A DNA stretch of 64,000 nucleotides from the NCBI GenBank assembly GCA_963764715.1, contig CAVXTP010000007.1, positions 1 to 64,000 on the forward strand, read 5' to 3'. Source of the DNA: an uncultured Acidobacteriota bacterium. Its GTDB lineage: Bacteria; Acidobacteriota; Thermoanaerobaculia; UBA5066; Gp7-AA6. A model generated the notes under the pieces. It ran no database searches and was not told the DNA's origin. It saw only the letters and a program-made list of their open reading frames with translations. This document shows positions 22,676 to 32,411 of the stretch, piece by piece (the stretch's first letter is position 1; each line of letters starts with the position of its first letter). The position numbers and the translations under genes were made by a program.

Positions 22676-24085
22676 TCAGACCGCCGGGAAGCTCGCCACG
22701 AAGACCGTGCCGCCGCCGTCGTTCTCGCGGACCGCGATCTCGCCGCCGTGCGCCTCGACGACCTGCTCGACGATGGCGAGGCCGAGCCCCGAGCCCTGCG
22801 GATGGCTCGCCCGCGTCCTGTCGAGCCGCACGAAGCGCTCGAAGATGCGGTCCCGGTCGGCGGGCGCGATGCCCGGGCCCCGGTCGGCGACCTCGATGAA
22901 CGCCCGGCCCTCGCGCGTTCCGACCCGGACCTCGACCATCGTGTTGGGAGCGGTGTAGAGGACGGCGTTGGAGACGAGGTTCGAGACGAGGCGGGAAAGC
23001 CCCGCGCGCTCGCCGCGCACGCGCGCGGGCCCCTGACGCGAGAGCGCGCAGACGATGCCGCGGCTCGAGCCGAGCGGGGCGGCCGCGGCGAGCGAGTCCT
23101 CCGCGACCTCGTGCAGGTCGAGCTCCTCCATGCGCCGGGGCGGCGCCGCGTCGCCGCGGGCGAGCAGCATCAGCCCGTCGACCTCCCGGGCGAGTCCGCG
23201 GGAAACCTCGGCGATCGTCTGGAGGGAGCGGCGCCGTTCCTCCTCCGTGGCTTCCGGGCGGAGGGCATCCTGCGCCTCTCCGAGAAGGACCGCGGTCGGC
23301 GTCTTGAGCTCGTGGGCCGCGTCGGCGGTCAGCCGCCGTTGGGCGCGGAACGCCCGCTCGAGCCGCTCGAAGAGCGAGTTGATGACCGCCGAGAGCCGCC
23401 GGAACTCCTCGCCGCCCGAGGTCACCGCCACCCGGCGCGAAAGGTCCGTCGCCTCGGCCTCCTCCGCCAGCCGCGTGACCTCTTCGACGGGGCGGATCGC
23501 CCGGTGGACCGCGAAGCCCAGGATCGTCGCCGTGCCGAGCACGCCGAGGAGCACGAAGCCCGCGAGCGCCTGGTCCACGCGGGCGAGTGAGCGCAGCGTC
23601 GGGCCGATCCACCGGAAGAGGACGAGGGTCGCGCCCCGGGCCTTTCCCTGGAGCGGCGTGACGAGGACCCGGCACGTGCGGCGCTGCCCGCTGTACGGCT
23701 CGACCGCGGTGTAGGGCCTGTCGCTCCGGCCGCGGTAGGGCTCGAAGTTGACGTTCACGTGCGAGCGCAGGAGGTCGCCCGTCAGAGCCACGGGGACCTC
23801 GCCGTTGAAGAGAATCGCCGAATGGTTGGCGAGGCGGAACTCGAACATGTTGGCTTCGAGACCGGCCTTCAGGGCCTGCCGCTCCTGCTCCTCGAGGCCC
23901 AGGAGCTCGTAGTCGGAGCCGATCGCCGAGGCGAGCGTGTCGAGCTCGCCGTCCACCTCCTCGAACGAGAGCCGGCGGATCAGCGTGCGCGCGCCGAGCG
24001 CCAGCGCGACGAGAAAGACGGCCGAAACGACGGCGCCCGAGAGGGCGATGCGCGTGCGCGCACGGCGGAAGCGCGGGAGCCTCAC
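22676..24085 (-). CDS. HAMP sensor histidine kinase
   Basis: Two TM segments, DAAHELKTP H-box, NLVSNA, DRGPGI and GSGLGLAIV motifs. Confidence 0.95.
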   Translation of the reverse strand: MRLPRFRRARTRIALSGAVVSAVFLVALALGARTLIRRLSFEEVDGELDTLASAIGSDYELLGLEEQERQALKAGLEANMFEFRLANHSAILFNGEVPVALTGDLLRSHVNVNFEPYRGRSDRPYTAVEPYSGQRRTCRVLVTPLQGKARGATLVLFRWIGPTLRSLARVDQALAGFVLLGVLGTATILGFAVHRAIRPVEEVTRLAEEAEATDLSRRVAVTSGGEEFRRLSAVINSLFERLERAFRAQRRLTADAAHELKTPTAVLLGEAQDALRPEATEEERRRSLQTIAEVSRGLAREVDGLMLLARGDAAPPRRMEELDLHEVAEDSLAAAAPLGSSRGIVCALSRQGPARVRGERAGLSRLVSNLVSNAVLYTAPNTMVEVRVGTREGRAFIEVADRGPGIAPADRDRIFERFVRLDRTRASHPQGSGLGLAIVEQVVEAHGGEIAVRENDGGGTVFVASFPAV

Positions 24086-24747
24086 CGCAGGCGATACCCG
24101 GCGCCGCGCACGGTCTCGATCGAGGACGGCGCCTTCGGCCGGTCGATTTTGCGGCGCAGGCGCCCGACGAGGACGTCGATGGTGTTCGACATCGGCTCCT
24201 CCCGCTCGCCCCAGGCCTGCTCGAGTATCTCCTCGCGCGAGACGACCGCGCCGGGGGTGCGCATGAGGAGCTCGAGGATGGTGAACTCGCGTGCCGTCAG
24301 AGCGAGCGTCTCGCGGCCCCGCCAGGCGGCGCGGCGGGCCGGATCCAGGCGCAGCTCGCCCGCGACGAGCTCCCGGGGCGCGCGGAACTCGTTCCGGCGC
24401 AGGAGCGCCTGCGCGCGCGCGGCGAGCACCTCGAGGTCGAACGGCTTGCCGAGGTAGTCGTCGGCGCCATCGGAGAGGCCCTCGATCTCGGCCTCGGCGT
24501 GGTCCATCGCCGTCAGCATGAGGATCGAGTGGCGGAAGCCCTTCGCCCGCGCCCGCCGGCAGACGTCGAGGCCGTCCCCGTCCGGAAGGCGGCGGTCGAG
24601 CACGAGGAGGTCGTAGGCGTGGACCCCGAGGAGCTCCTCGGCCTCGTCGATCGACCGCGCCTCGTCGCAGGCGAGGCCCGCGCGCGAGAGCGTGCGCACG
24701 ACGAGAGAGCGCAACCGCTCGTCGTCCTCGAGGATCAGGGCCCGCAT
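24082..24747 (-). CDS. OmpR-family response regulator
   Basis: LEDD, LDRRLP, GADDYLGKPF and IETVRGAGY motifs. Confidence 0.95.
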   Translation of the reverse strand: MRALILEDDERLRSLVVRTLSRAGLACDEARSIDEAEELLGVHAYDLLVLDRRLPDGDGLDVCRRARAKGFRHSILMLTAMDHAEAEIEGLSDGADDYLGKPFDLEVLAARAQALLRRNEFRAPRELVAGELRLDPARRAAWRGRETLALTAREFTILELLMRTPGAVVSREEILEQAWGEREEPMSNTIDVLVGRLRRKIDRPKAPSSIETVRGAGYRLR

Positions 24748-24758
24748 CGGATTCGAAC

Positions 24759-24846
24759 GGGGTCAGGTCTTCATTTTTCGAATTTCCGAACTCGCCCGAT
24801 CAGGGTACCAGCGTGGCTGAAATCCGAAAAATGAAGACCTGACCCC
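24759..24846. mobile_element. Non-autonomous miniature inverted-repeat element (ends match the RAYT element)
   Basis: GGGGTCAGGTCTTCATTTTTCGAATTTC...GAAATCCGAAAAATGAAGACCTGACCCC, 28-bp arms with 1 mismatch. Confidence 0.88.
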
Positions 24847-24857
24847 CCACCAGACGC

Positions 24858-26708
24858 CTACCAGACGAGGTTGAACGTCTTGACCAGGAAGACCGCCATC
24901 TGGGCGCGCGTGTTCGGGTTGTCCGGGCAGTAGCGCAGAGGCCCCGTCAAACACCCTCCGGTGACGCCGAGGGTGTAGAGCTCCTCGATGAAGTCGTCGA
25001 AGCCCGTCCCGGGCGTGCAGGCGACGTCCGCGAAGACTCCCGTGCACGGCGCCGGGACGTGGGAGGAGCCGTAGAGCGTCTTGATGAGAAACGGCGCCAT
25101 CTGCTTGCGCGTGACCGTGTTGTTGGGACAGTAGAGTCCGCTGCCGCAGCCCGTCGTGATCCCGAGACTCGCGAGCTCTTCGATCCAGTCGCCGAAGCCC
25201 GAGCCGGGAGTACAGGTCACGTCGGGAAAGACGCCCGTGCACGGGGGCGGTACATGGGCGGCGCCGTACTTCGCCTTGAGCAGGAAGACGGCCATCTGCG
25301 CGCGCGTGACCGGGTTGCCCGGGCAGTAGTTGCCGCCCGCGCAGCCTCCGGTGATGCCGAGCTGGAAGATCGTCTCGACGTAGTGGAAGAACGGGTTCGA
25401 CGTCGGCACGTCGGGGAAGGTCGCCTTGGCGGAGGTGCAGGTGGCGGCCTGGATGTACGGCAGGAGCTGCTCGGTGATGCAGCGCGTGTGGAACAGGAGG
25501 TTCACGTTCGAGTCGCCGGGCGGGAGCAGGTGGCAGTAGCTCATGATCGTTCCGCCGCCGGGTGGAACGGAGGTCGGGCCGCTGTAGCAGCCGGCCTCCC
25601 CCGAGTAGCACATGTCGATCGGCGGCACGTAGCAGTGCGTGTGCGCGCTCCCGGCGTTGTGGCCGAGCTCGTGGGCCGAGGCCAGCAGGTCCCAGACCTG
25701 CGCGGGCCAGTCCCCGAAGAGCTGGCCCATGCCGTAGGCGCCGCCCCAGTGTCCGGGGGGGTTGGTGGCGAAGTCCGGGATGCAGAGGGCGGGCCGCCAC
25801 GCGATTCCGCCGGTCACGGGCTGCCCGGACGCGAGATACACGGTCGAGCGCGGAAAGGAGCCCTGGCTCCGGTTGGCGTGGTACCAGTCGCCGAGCTGGT
25901 AGAGCTGGTCGAGGGTCGAAGGGCCGTTCCAGGGATCCGCAATCGTCCAGACGTGGACCTCGGTCACGGTGAAATGGAACGCGAGGTCTCGCTCGTAGAT
26001 GAGGTCGATCTGCGCCGCGAGGGTCAGCAGGTAGGCGGTCATCGCGGCCGCGTCGCCGCCGAACTTGGCCAGGAATTCTTGGTCGGTCTCCAGGATGAGC
26101 TTGGCGCTCTGGAACCCGACGATCTCGGGCGTCGAGGCGGGGCCGCCGGGCACGATGGCCGGGGGCGCCTCGGGAAGCGAATCCGACCCGCACATCCAGG
26201 GCGGCGCGGCCGGGCGCGCGGCGGCCGGGGACGTGGAGTCGCGGACGACGGCGCGGCGGCGCGATTCGTCGGGTCCGACGTAGGTCGTGCCCGCGCTCGA
26301 GCGCACCCACGAGACGAGCGTGTCGGGCAGCGCGGCCAAGTACACGAGGGTGTCGTCCTCGCCCGGCACGTGGCCCTCGAAGTGGGCGACTTCCGGCAGG
26401 GGACGGAACGAGTCGCCGCTCTCGCCCGTGATCCGGACGCGGGCATCGGGGTCCGCGATCTCGAAGCGTCGGAAGACGACGTCCTTCCGCACGCCCGGCG
26501 ACGTCGGAAAGTCGGCGACCCGGAAGGGCTCGCGCCCCGTCCGCCGCAGCGCCGCGAGGACCGTGCGGTCGAGCGACACTTCTTCCTGGCCGTCGACCAC
26601 CGCGCGACGGGAACGATAGGGACTCGGCAGAGAGGGGATGGCGGCGAGAGCGATCGCCGACGCCAGGAGGAACGCGGCCGCCCCGACCGCGACGGCTCGG
26701 GATTTCAT
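24858..26708 (-). CDS. Secreted M12/reprolysin-like zinc metalloprotease with C-terminal Cys-rich SLH-like repeats
   Basis: HELGHNAGSAH, GTIMSY Met-turn, three GITxGC...YCP...TRxQMAxFL repeats. Confidence 0.85.
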   Translation of the reverse strand: MKSRAVAVGAAAFLLASAIALAAIPSLPSPYRSRRAVVDGQEEVSLDRTVLAALRRTGREPFRVADFPTSPGVRKDVVFRRFEIADPDARVRITGESGDSFRPLPEVAHFEGHVPGEDDTLVYLAALPDTLVSWVRSSAGTTYVGPDESRRRAVVRDSTSPAAARPAAPPWMCGSDSLPEAPPAIVPGGPASTPEIVGFQSAKLILETDQEFLAKFGGDAAAMTAYLLTLAAQIDLIYERDLAFHFTVTEVHVWTIADPWNGPSTLDQLYQLGDWYHANRSQGSFPRSTVYLASGQPVTGGIAWRPALCIPDFATNPPGHWGGAYGMGQLFGDWPAQVWDLLASAHELGHNAGSAHTHCYVPPIDMCYSGEAGCYSGPTSVPPGGGTIMSYCHLLPPGDSNVNLLFHTRCITEQLLPYIQAATCTSAKATFPDVPTSNPFFHYVETIFQLGITGGCAGGNYCPGNPVTRAQMAVFLLKAKYGAAHVPPPCTGVFPDVTCTPGSGFGDWIEELASLGITTGCGSGLYCPNNTVTRKQMAPFLIKTLYGSSHVPAPCTGVFADVACTPGTGFDDFIEELYTLGVTGGCLTGPLRYCPDNPNTRAQMAVFLVKTFNLVW

Positions 26709-26747
26709 GGGGGCCTCCGTTTGGCCCGAATTCTAGCGGGGTATAGC

Positions 26748-26829
26748 GGGGTCAGGTCTTCATTTTTCGGATTTTGGAATCGGACCCGCCTTCGCCACGG
26801 TCCGAACCGAAATCTGAAGACCTGACCCC
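26748..26829. mobile_element. Second miniature inverted-repeat element
   Basis: Left arm GGGGTCAGGTCTTCATTTTTCGGATTTT; right arm GAAATC-TGAAGACCTGACCCC with a 7-bp deletion; internal TCGGACC/GGTCCGA hairpin. Confidence 0.85.
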
Positions 26830-26846
26830 ATCTTAACTCGTCTTAA

Positions 26847-28742
26847 CTACTGCAGGCCGAAGGTCTTGACCAGGAACACCGCCATCTGTCCGCGCGTGTT
26901 GGGATCGGCCGGGCAGTAGCGGAGCGGACTCGTCAGGCAACCGCCCGTGATCGCGTCGGCGTAGAGCTCCTCGATCCAGGGCGCCGAGGCGTCGGCCATC
27001 GGCACGTCGGCGAAGACGCCCGAGGCCGCGGGCGGCACGTGGCCGGAACCGAGCTTGGTCTTGAGCAGGAAGGTCGCCATCTGCCTGCGCGTGACCGCGG
27101 AGTTGGGACAGTAGAGCCCGCTCCCGCACCCGCTCGTCACGCCGAGGCTCGCGAGCTCCTCGATCCAGGCGGCGCCGAACGATCCGGCCGGCACGTCGGC
27201 GAACACCGTGCCGGTCGCCGCGGGCGGAACGTGGGCCGAGCCGTACTTCGACTTGAGGAGGAAAACCGCCATCTGCGCCCGCGTCACCGGAGAGCCCGGG
27301 CAGTAGTAGCTCGGCGCGCACCCGCCGGTGACGCCGTTTGCGGCGAGCGTCTCGACGTAGTCGAAGAACTGGTGCGAGGGCGGAACGTCGAGGAACGTCG
27401 AGGCCTGCGTCAGGCAGGAGGCGGAGTTGATCTCCGGGAGCATCTGCTCGTCGATGCAGCGCTGGTGGAACTCGAGCGAGACGTAGCTCCACCCGAGAAG
27501 GTGGCAATAGCTCATGATCGTGCCGTTGCCGGCCCCCGGGTTCTCGACCGGACCGGAGTAGCAGCCGCTCTCGCCGTTGTAGCAGTGGTCGATCGGCGGC
27601 GAGTAGCAGTGCGTGTGGTGCGAGCCCGCGTTGTGCCCGGTCTCGTGCGCCGTGGCGAACTGGTCCCAGAGGCTCAGCGGATAGGTTCCGTTGACCTGGG
27701 TCACGGCATAGGCGCCGCCGTAGTGCCCGCTTCCCGACGAGAAGTCGCCCGAGCACAGAACCGAGAGCCACGCGATGCCGCCCGACACCGCCTTGCCCGA
27801 GAGGAACTGGACCATCGCCCGCGGGTAGCTCGCCGGCGGGCGGTTCGCGTGCCACCAGTCGCCGACCTCGTCGAGCTGCGTGCGGGTCGCCGTCGAGACG
27901 TAGGGATCGCTCGCGGCGCCGCCCGTCCAGACGTGGACCTCGGCGAGCGCGAGATGGAGGGAGAGGTCGCGCTCGTAGGCGACGTTGATGGCCCCGTAGA
28001 GCGTCGCGACCCAGGTGGCGAGCGCGTTGGGGTCGTAGACGACGGGATTTGAGTTCGGGACCGGGAACTTGGCCAGGAGCTCCCAGTCCGTTTCGACGCG
28101 CACCGCGGCCTGCTTGAGGCCGGCCAGGGGCGCCGCCGCCGCCGATGGATAGGAGGGCTCGGCCTGCGCGGTCAGGGCCGCCGGCAGCTCGTCGGCGCCG
28201 CAGGACCAGGGCTGATCGAGGGACATCGCGTTGGCGGGGGAGTCGGCGGTGCGCACGACGAAGTCCCTGGCCGCGGAGGCCGGTCCGACGAACACGAACG
28301 TGCCGTCCTGGAGCCGCAGGTACGCGACGACCGCGTCCTCCCGCGCGGCGAGATACACGCTCGAGTCCGGCGACCCCTCGATCGTTCCCTTGAAGTGCGC
28401 GAGCGACGGAAACGGCCGGGACTCCTCCCCGGCGGGGCCGGAGATCGTCACGCGCGCGTCCGGCGTCGTGACCTCGAAGCGCTCGACCACGAGCGTTCCG
28501 AAGGCGCCGGGGGCGACGGGGAACCCTTCGATGCGCACGTCGGCGCGCGCCGCCCGAAGAGCCGCGAGCGCGCCGGAGTCGAGATCGACGGCCTCCTGGC
28601 CCGGCGCGGAGAGCCGCACGGCGGTCTCGACCGAGACGGTCGGCCGATAGGGGCTCGGGATCGTCGCCGCAGACGCCAGGAAGCTCCCGGCGGCTCCCGC
28701 GAGGATCCCGAGAAGGGCAGCGCGCAGGCTCCGTCCGCTCAT
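26847..28742 (-). CDS. Paralogous M12/reprolysin-like metalloprotease with SLH-like repeats
   Basis: HETGHNAGSHH, GTIMSYCHL, same C-terminal module. Confidence 0.85.
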   Translation of the reverse strand: MSGRSLRAALLGILAGAAGSFLASAATIPSPYRPTVSVETAVRLSAPGQEAVDLDSGALAALRAARADVRIEGFPVAPGAFGTLVVERFEVTTPDARVTISGPAGEESRPFPSLAHFKGTIEGSPDSSVYLAAREDAVVAYLRLQDGTFVFVGPASAARDFVVRTADSPANAMSLDQPWSCGADELPAALTAQAEPSYPSAAAAPLAGLKQAAVRVETDWELLAKFPVPNSNPVVYDPNALATWVATLYGAINVAYERDLSLHLALAEVHVWTGGAASDPYVSTATRTQLDEVGDWWHANRPPASYPRAMVQFLSGKAVSGGIAWLSVLCSGDFSSGSGHYGGAYAVTQVNGTYPLSLWDQFATAHETGHNAGSHHTHCYSPPIDHCYNGESGCYSGPVENPGAGNGTIMSYCHLLGWSYVSLEFHQRCIDEQMLPEINSASCLTQASTFLDVPPSHQFFDYVETLAANGVTGGCAPSYYCPGSPVTRAQMAVFLLKSKYGSAHVPPAATGTVFADVPAGSFGAAWIEELASLGVTSGCGSGLYCPNSAVTRRQMATFLLKTKLGSGHVPPAASGVFADVPMADASAPWIEELYADAITGGCLTSPLRYCPADPNTRGQMAVFLVKTFGLQ

Positions 28743-28935
28743 CCGCTCCTCCTCCCGATTCCGACAGCTCGACTGATCCCTCCGGGAATCGCAAGGACCG
28801 GGCCAGCAGGCGGGGCCGGCAAGCGTAGGCGAGGAAAGGCGTTAGGCGCCGTGACGTCGGTCACCTGACGGCGGTTGTCAGCGCCGCGAGGCCCGCGGTG
28901 ACATCGGGGCGAGGGTCGGGTATGTTCACGCCCTC

Positions 28936-29571
28936 ATGTCGAACTTGCTCGCGCTCGCTCTCGCCGCGTCTCTCCAGGCGGCTTCCCCGGCCTCCCCGCC
29001 GGCGTCGATCCTCGGGCAGTGGGAATCCGCGGTGCGCAACAAGGGCGGGATCGGGAACATCCTCGAGTTCCTGCCCGACGGCCGCGTCACGCAGATCTCC
29101 GCGGCCATGGGCGACACGACGTACGAGGTGCAGGGGGAGTGGCTCCGGACGTTTTACACCGACGAAGCCACCGGCCAGGTCCGCGAGTCGGAGGTGATCC
29201 TCGAGTTCGAAGGCGGCGACCGGTTCGCGGAGAAGGGCGCCGACGGCGAAGCGCAGGGCTACTCGGACCGGATCGGCCGGGCCGTGCCGGGGGCGTCGCC
29301 GATCGTCGGCGAGTGGTGCTCGCTCTTTCTCGACATGCTGACGAACTACCGCCAGTTCACACCCGACGGAAAGCTCTTCGTGCGCATGCCGATCGTCACG
29401 CTGCGGGGGACCTGGAAGGTCGAGGGCGGGGAGCTGACCGTGGAGATCTTCGGACAGCCGCCGGGCAAATACCCGTACCGGATCGAGAACGGCCAGCTCT
29501 TCATCAAGAGCCGCGACGGCTCCGATCGCGTCTACAAGCGAACCGAATCCACGCTGCTCAAGGGCTACTGA
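28936..29571 (+). CDS. Secreted hypothetical protein with two lipocalin-like/beta-rich repeats
   Basis: Signal peptide; SILGQW...EFLPDG repeated as PIVGEW...QFTPDG. Confidence 0.7.
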   Translation: MSNLLALALAASLQAASPASPPASILGQWESAVRNKGGIGNILEFLPDGRVTQISAAMGDTTYEVQGEWLRTFYTDEATGQVRESEVILEFEGGDRFAEKGADGEAQGYSDRIGRAVPGASPIVGEWCSLFLDMLTNYRQFTPDGKLFVRMPIVTLRGTWKVEGGELTVEIFGQPPGKYPYRIENGQLFIKSRDGSDRVYKRTESTLLKGY

Positions 29572-29607
29572 GCCGGGCCCTCGCGACGCCCCTCGGCGGA
29601 GCCCGCC

Positions 29608-32359
29608 TCAGGGGAGCTCGAACGTCCGGACGAGGAACGCCGCCATCTGTCCGCGCGTCGCCGCCGCGCCGGGACAGTAGACGCCCGCGCCGCAGCCTCC
29701 GGTGATGCCGCGCGCCGCGAGGTCCTCGATCCAGGGGTCGAAGATCGCGCCCGTGCAGGGAACGTCGGCGAAGACCGTTCCCGTGCAGGCGGGCGGAAGA
29801 TAGCCCGAGCCGAGGTCGGTCTTCAGGAGGAAGGCGGACATCTGGGCGCGCGTCACGGCCGACGCCGGACAGTAGTTGCCGCCGCCGCAGCCTCCGGTGA
29901 TGCCGCGCGCCGCGAGGTCTTCGATCCAGGGGTCGAAGGGGCCTCCCGTGCAGGGAACGTCGAGAAAGACCGCTCCGGAGCAGGGCGGCGGCGCATAGCC
30001 GGATCCGAGCTTCGACTTGAGCAGGAAGACCGCCATCTGCGCGCGGGTCAGGGAGGCGTTGCGGCAATAGAGCCCGCTACCGCAGCCGGCCGTCACGCCG
30101 TTGCGGACCAGCTTCTCGACGTCGCCGTGGAAGATGTCGCCCTGCGGCGACGTCGAGGAAGTCGGCGAAAAAGCCGCCGGGCAGGGTCCCGGCGAGCGGG
30201 CCGGAGATTTCGAGCGTGACGTCGTAGAGCGTCCCCGGGGGAAGCGCCGGCGTGGTCGCGTCCGCGCTCCCGCCCGACGTGACCGAGGCCAGCGGCGCCG
30301 CGACACCGCCGAACGTGATCGCGGCCCCCAACGCGAAGCCGCTTCCGGCGAGCACGACAGGGGTGCCGCCCGCGGACGGGCCGGACGACGGCGTCACGGA
30401 CGTGACGGTCGGCGGGTCGCCGGTTCCGACGATCGTGAAGATGGAAAAGACGCTCGTGTTCGACTGGCCGTCGGGATTGGTGACGGCGATCGGGTACGGC
30501 CCGGACGCCGCGCCGGTGGTGTCGAGGTCGAGCGTCAACGACTTGGGACCGTTGTAGGCCACGCCGTTGACCACGACGCCGCCGCCGAGCGACGCCGCGA
30601 TCCGCTTCGGAAAGCCGGGACCCGGGTCGAAGTAGTCGCCGTCGAGGGTTCCCGAAACGTCGACGAGGACCGAGGCGAGCCCGACGGACACGCTCGACGG
30701 CACGGGCGAGACCGGGCGCGGCGGGGGCGGCGCCAGCACCTGCGCCACCTGCACGCCCCACGAGTCGTCGGCGTCGCAGTACTGCTGGATCGTCCAGAGC
30801 GTCATGTCGTCCTCCGGATCGACGCTCGTGAAGGAGTAGTCGCCCCATCGGCGGGGCGAGCCCGGATCCCCCGCCGGGTTGTACGCCGCAGCGGTCGACG
30901 TGTACTCCACCGGGGGCTGCAGAACGCCGGCCGGGGTCGAGGCCAGGCGTTCCGTGACGGCCGCCTGGATCGGCTGGGCGGCTCCCGCGACGCTCGCGCC
31001 GAGAACGGCGCGGCCCTGGCCGGACACGGCGATCGCCGGCATCCAGTAGAAGCGCGGAGCGGCCGCGGCGGCGTCGAAAAGCGTCCCGGACTGGACGAGC
31101 GAGGGCGTGCCGGTCGAGACGTCGATCTCGTACCAGCGCGACCCGTCGCGGTCGCCGGGGGAATCGCCCGCGCCGTCGACCGCGATGTTGTGCGCGGTCC
31201 AGACGTGCCCGCCGCGCAGGCTCGCCGAGGAGAGCCGGTCGTCGAGCGCGTCGAGCTCCCCGCTCGGGCCGAAGAGGTTGCCGGCGTGAGGGACCGTCAG
31301 CGGCAGCGCCGTCGCCGGGACCGTCAGCGGAAGGTTGGCCGAGATCGAGGCGGGCGGCCAGGCGCCGGGAGCCGCGTACGCGAGCTTTCGAAAAACGAGC
31401 GTTCCGAAGCCGGCATTGTCGACGCCGACGATCCACGACTCGAGCGACGCGGCGTCGAAAAGGTCGTCGACGCCCTGCGGCGTGTAGGGGCCGGAGCCCG
31501 TCGGCGTACCGGTCAGGTTGCGGTAGGCGCGGGCGGCCCCGTTCGCGAGCAGGTTGCCGCCTCCCGACGTCAGGACCTCGCTCTTGCGGAGCGCGTGGAC
31601 GGTGACTCCCTGGAAAGCGCCGGCGGCGTCGAAGATGTTGCCGCCGACGAGGAGCGCGTTGGCGTCGACGCCGAGAGACGCCGAGTCGAAGAAGGTGTTG
31701 GTGTCGCCGGCCGGATCGTCGAGGTCGTGCTGGAGGTAGAAGTACGTCCAGACGGTCGCGCCGGAGATGATCCCGTTCGACGCCGCGTCGGTCACGGCCA
31801 CGAGCACCCGGTTGCTCCCGGTCTCGAAGGTCAGGGCGGTCACGAACCACCGCGCGGAGAGCCGGTCGTAACGGACGCGCGGCGTCCCCGTCCCGTCCCC
31901 GTTGCGCACGCTCGTGAAGAAGGTGTCGAGGTCGACGTCGAGGACGCCGTCGGCGGCTCCGGAGGCCTTCGCAAACGTGCGGATGCGGCCGTTGACGCCG
32001 ACGAGAAACTGGTCCGGCCCGGCCGCCCCCATCGTGTCCGGCGGAAAGGCGCCGGAGTCGGCGAGGGTCGCGCCGAGAAAGCTCATCCCGACGGCGAGCG
32101 GGCTTTCCGGCCCGGCCGCCGCCTCCGGCGCGCGAGAGGCCGTGCCCCGCGGGGACGGCGCACCCGCCCGGAGGTTCCGCCGGTGGGCCGCCCGGCGCGG
32201 CGGAGTCGCGCGTGGCGCCGCTTTCGGCGCTTCGGCCGCGAGGGCCATGAGCTGGCGGACCGAGAGGCGGTACCCGCCCGCGTCGGCGGCGCCGGCCGTC
32301 GCCCGGCCGAGCGCAGCGAGCGCGAGGACGGACGCGGCCGCTCGAATTCTGGAGTGCAT
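29608..32359 (-). pseudogene. Large secreted protein (IPT/TIG domains + SLH-like repeats) interrupted by a +1 frameshift at about 30148
   Basis: ...FADFLDV (ORF 30077-32359) continues as PQGDIFHGDVEKL (ORF 29608-30306) if one base of GTC-G-CCG is removed. Confidence 0.8.
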
Positions 32360-32411
32360 CTGGGCTCCCGTGCCGGGATGGGCGGTAGATTAGCAGCACG
32401 GAGGTGCGTCG

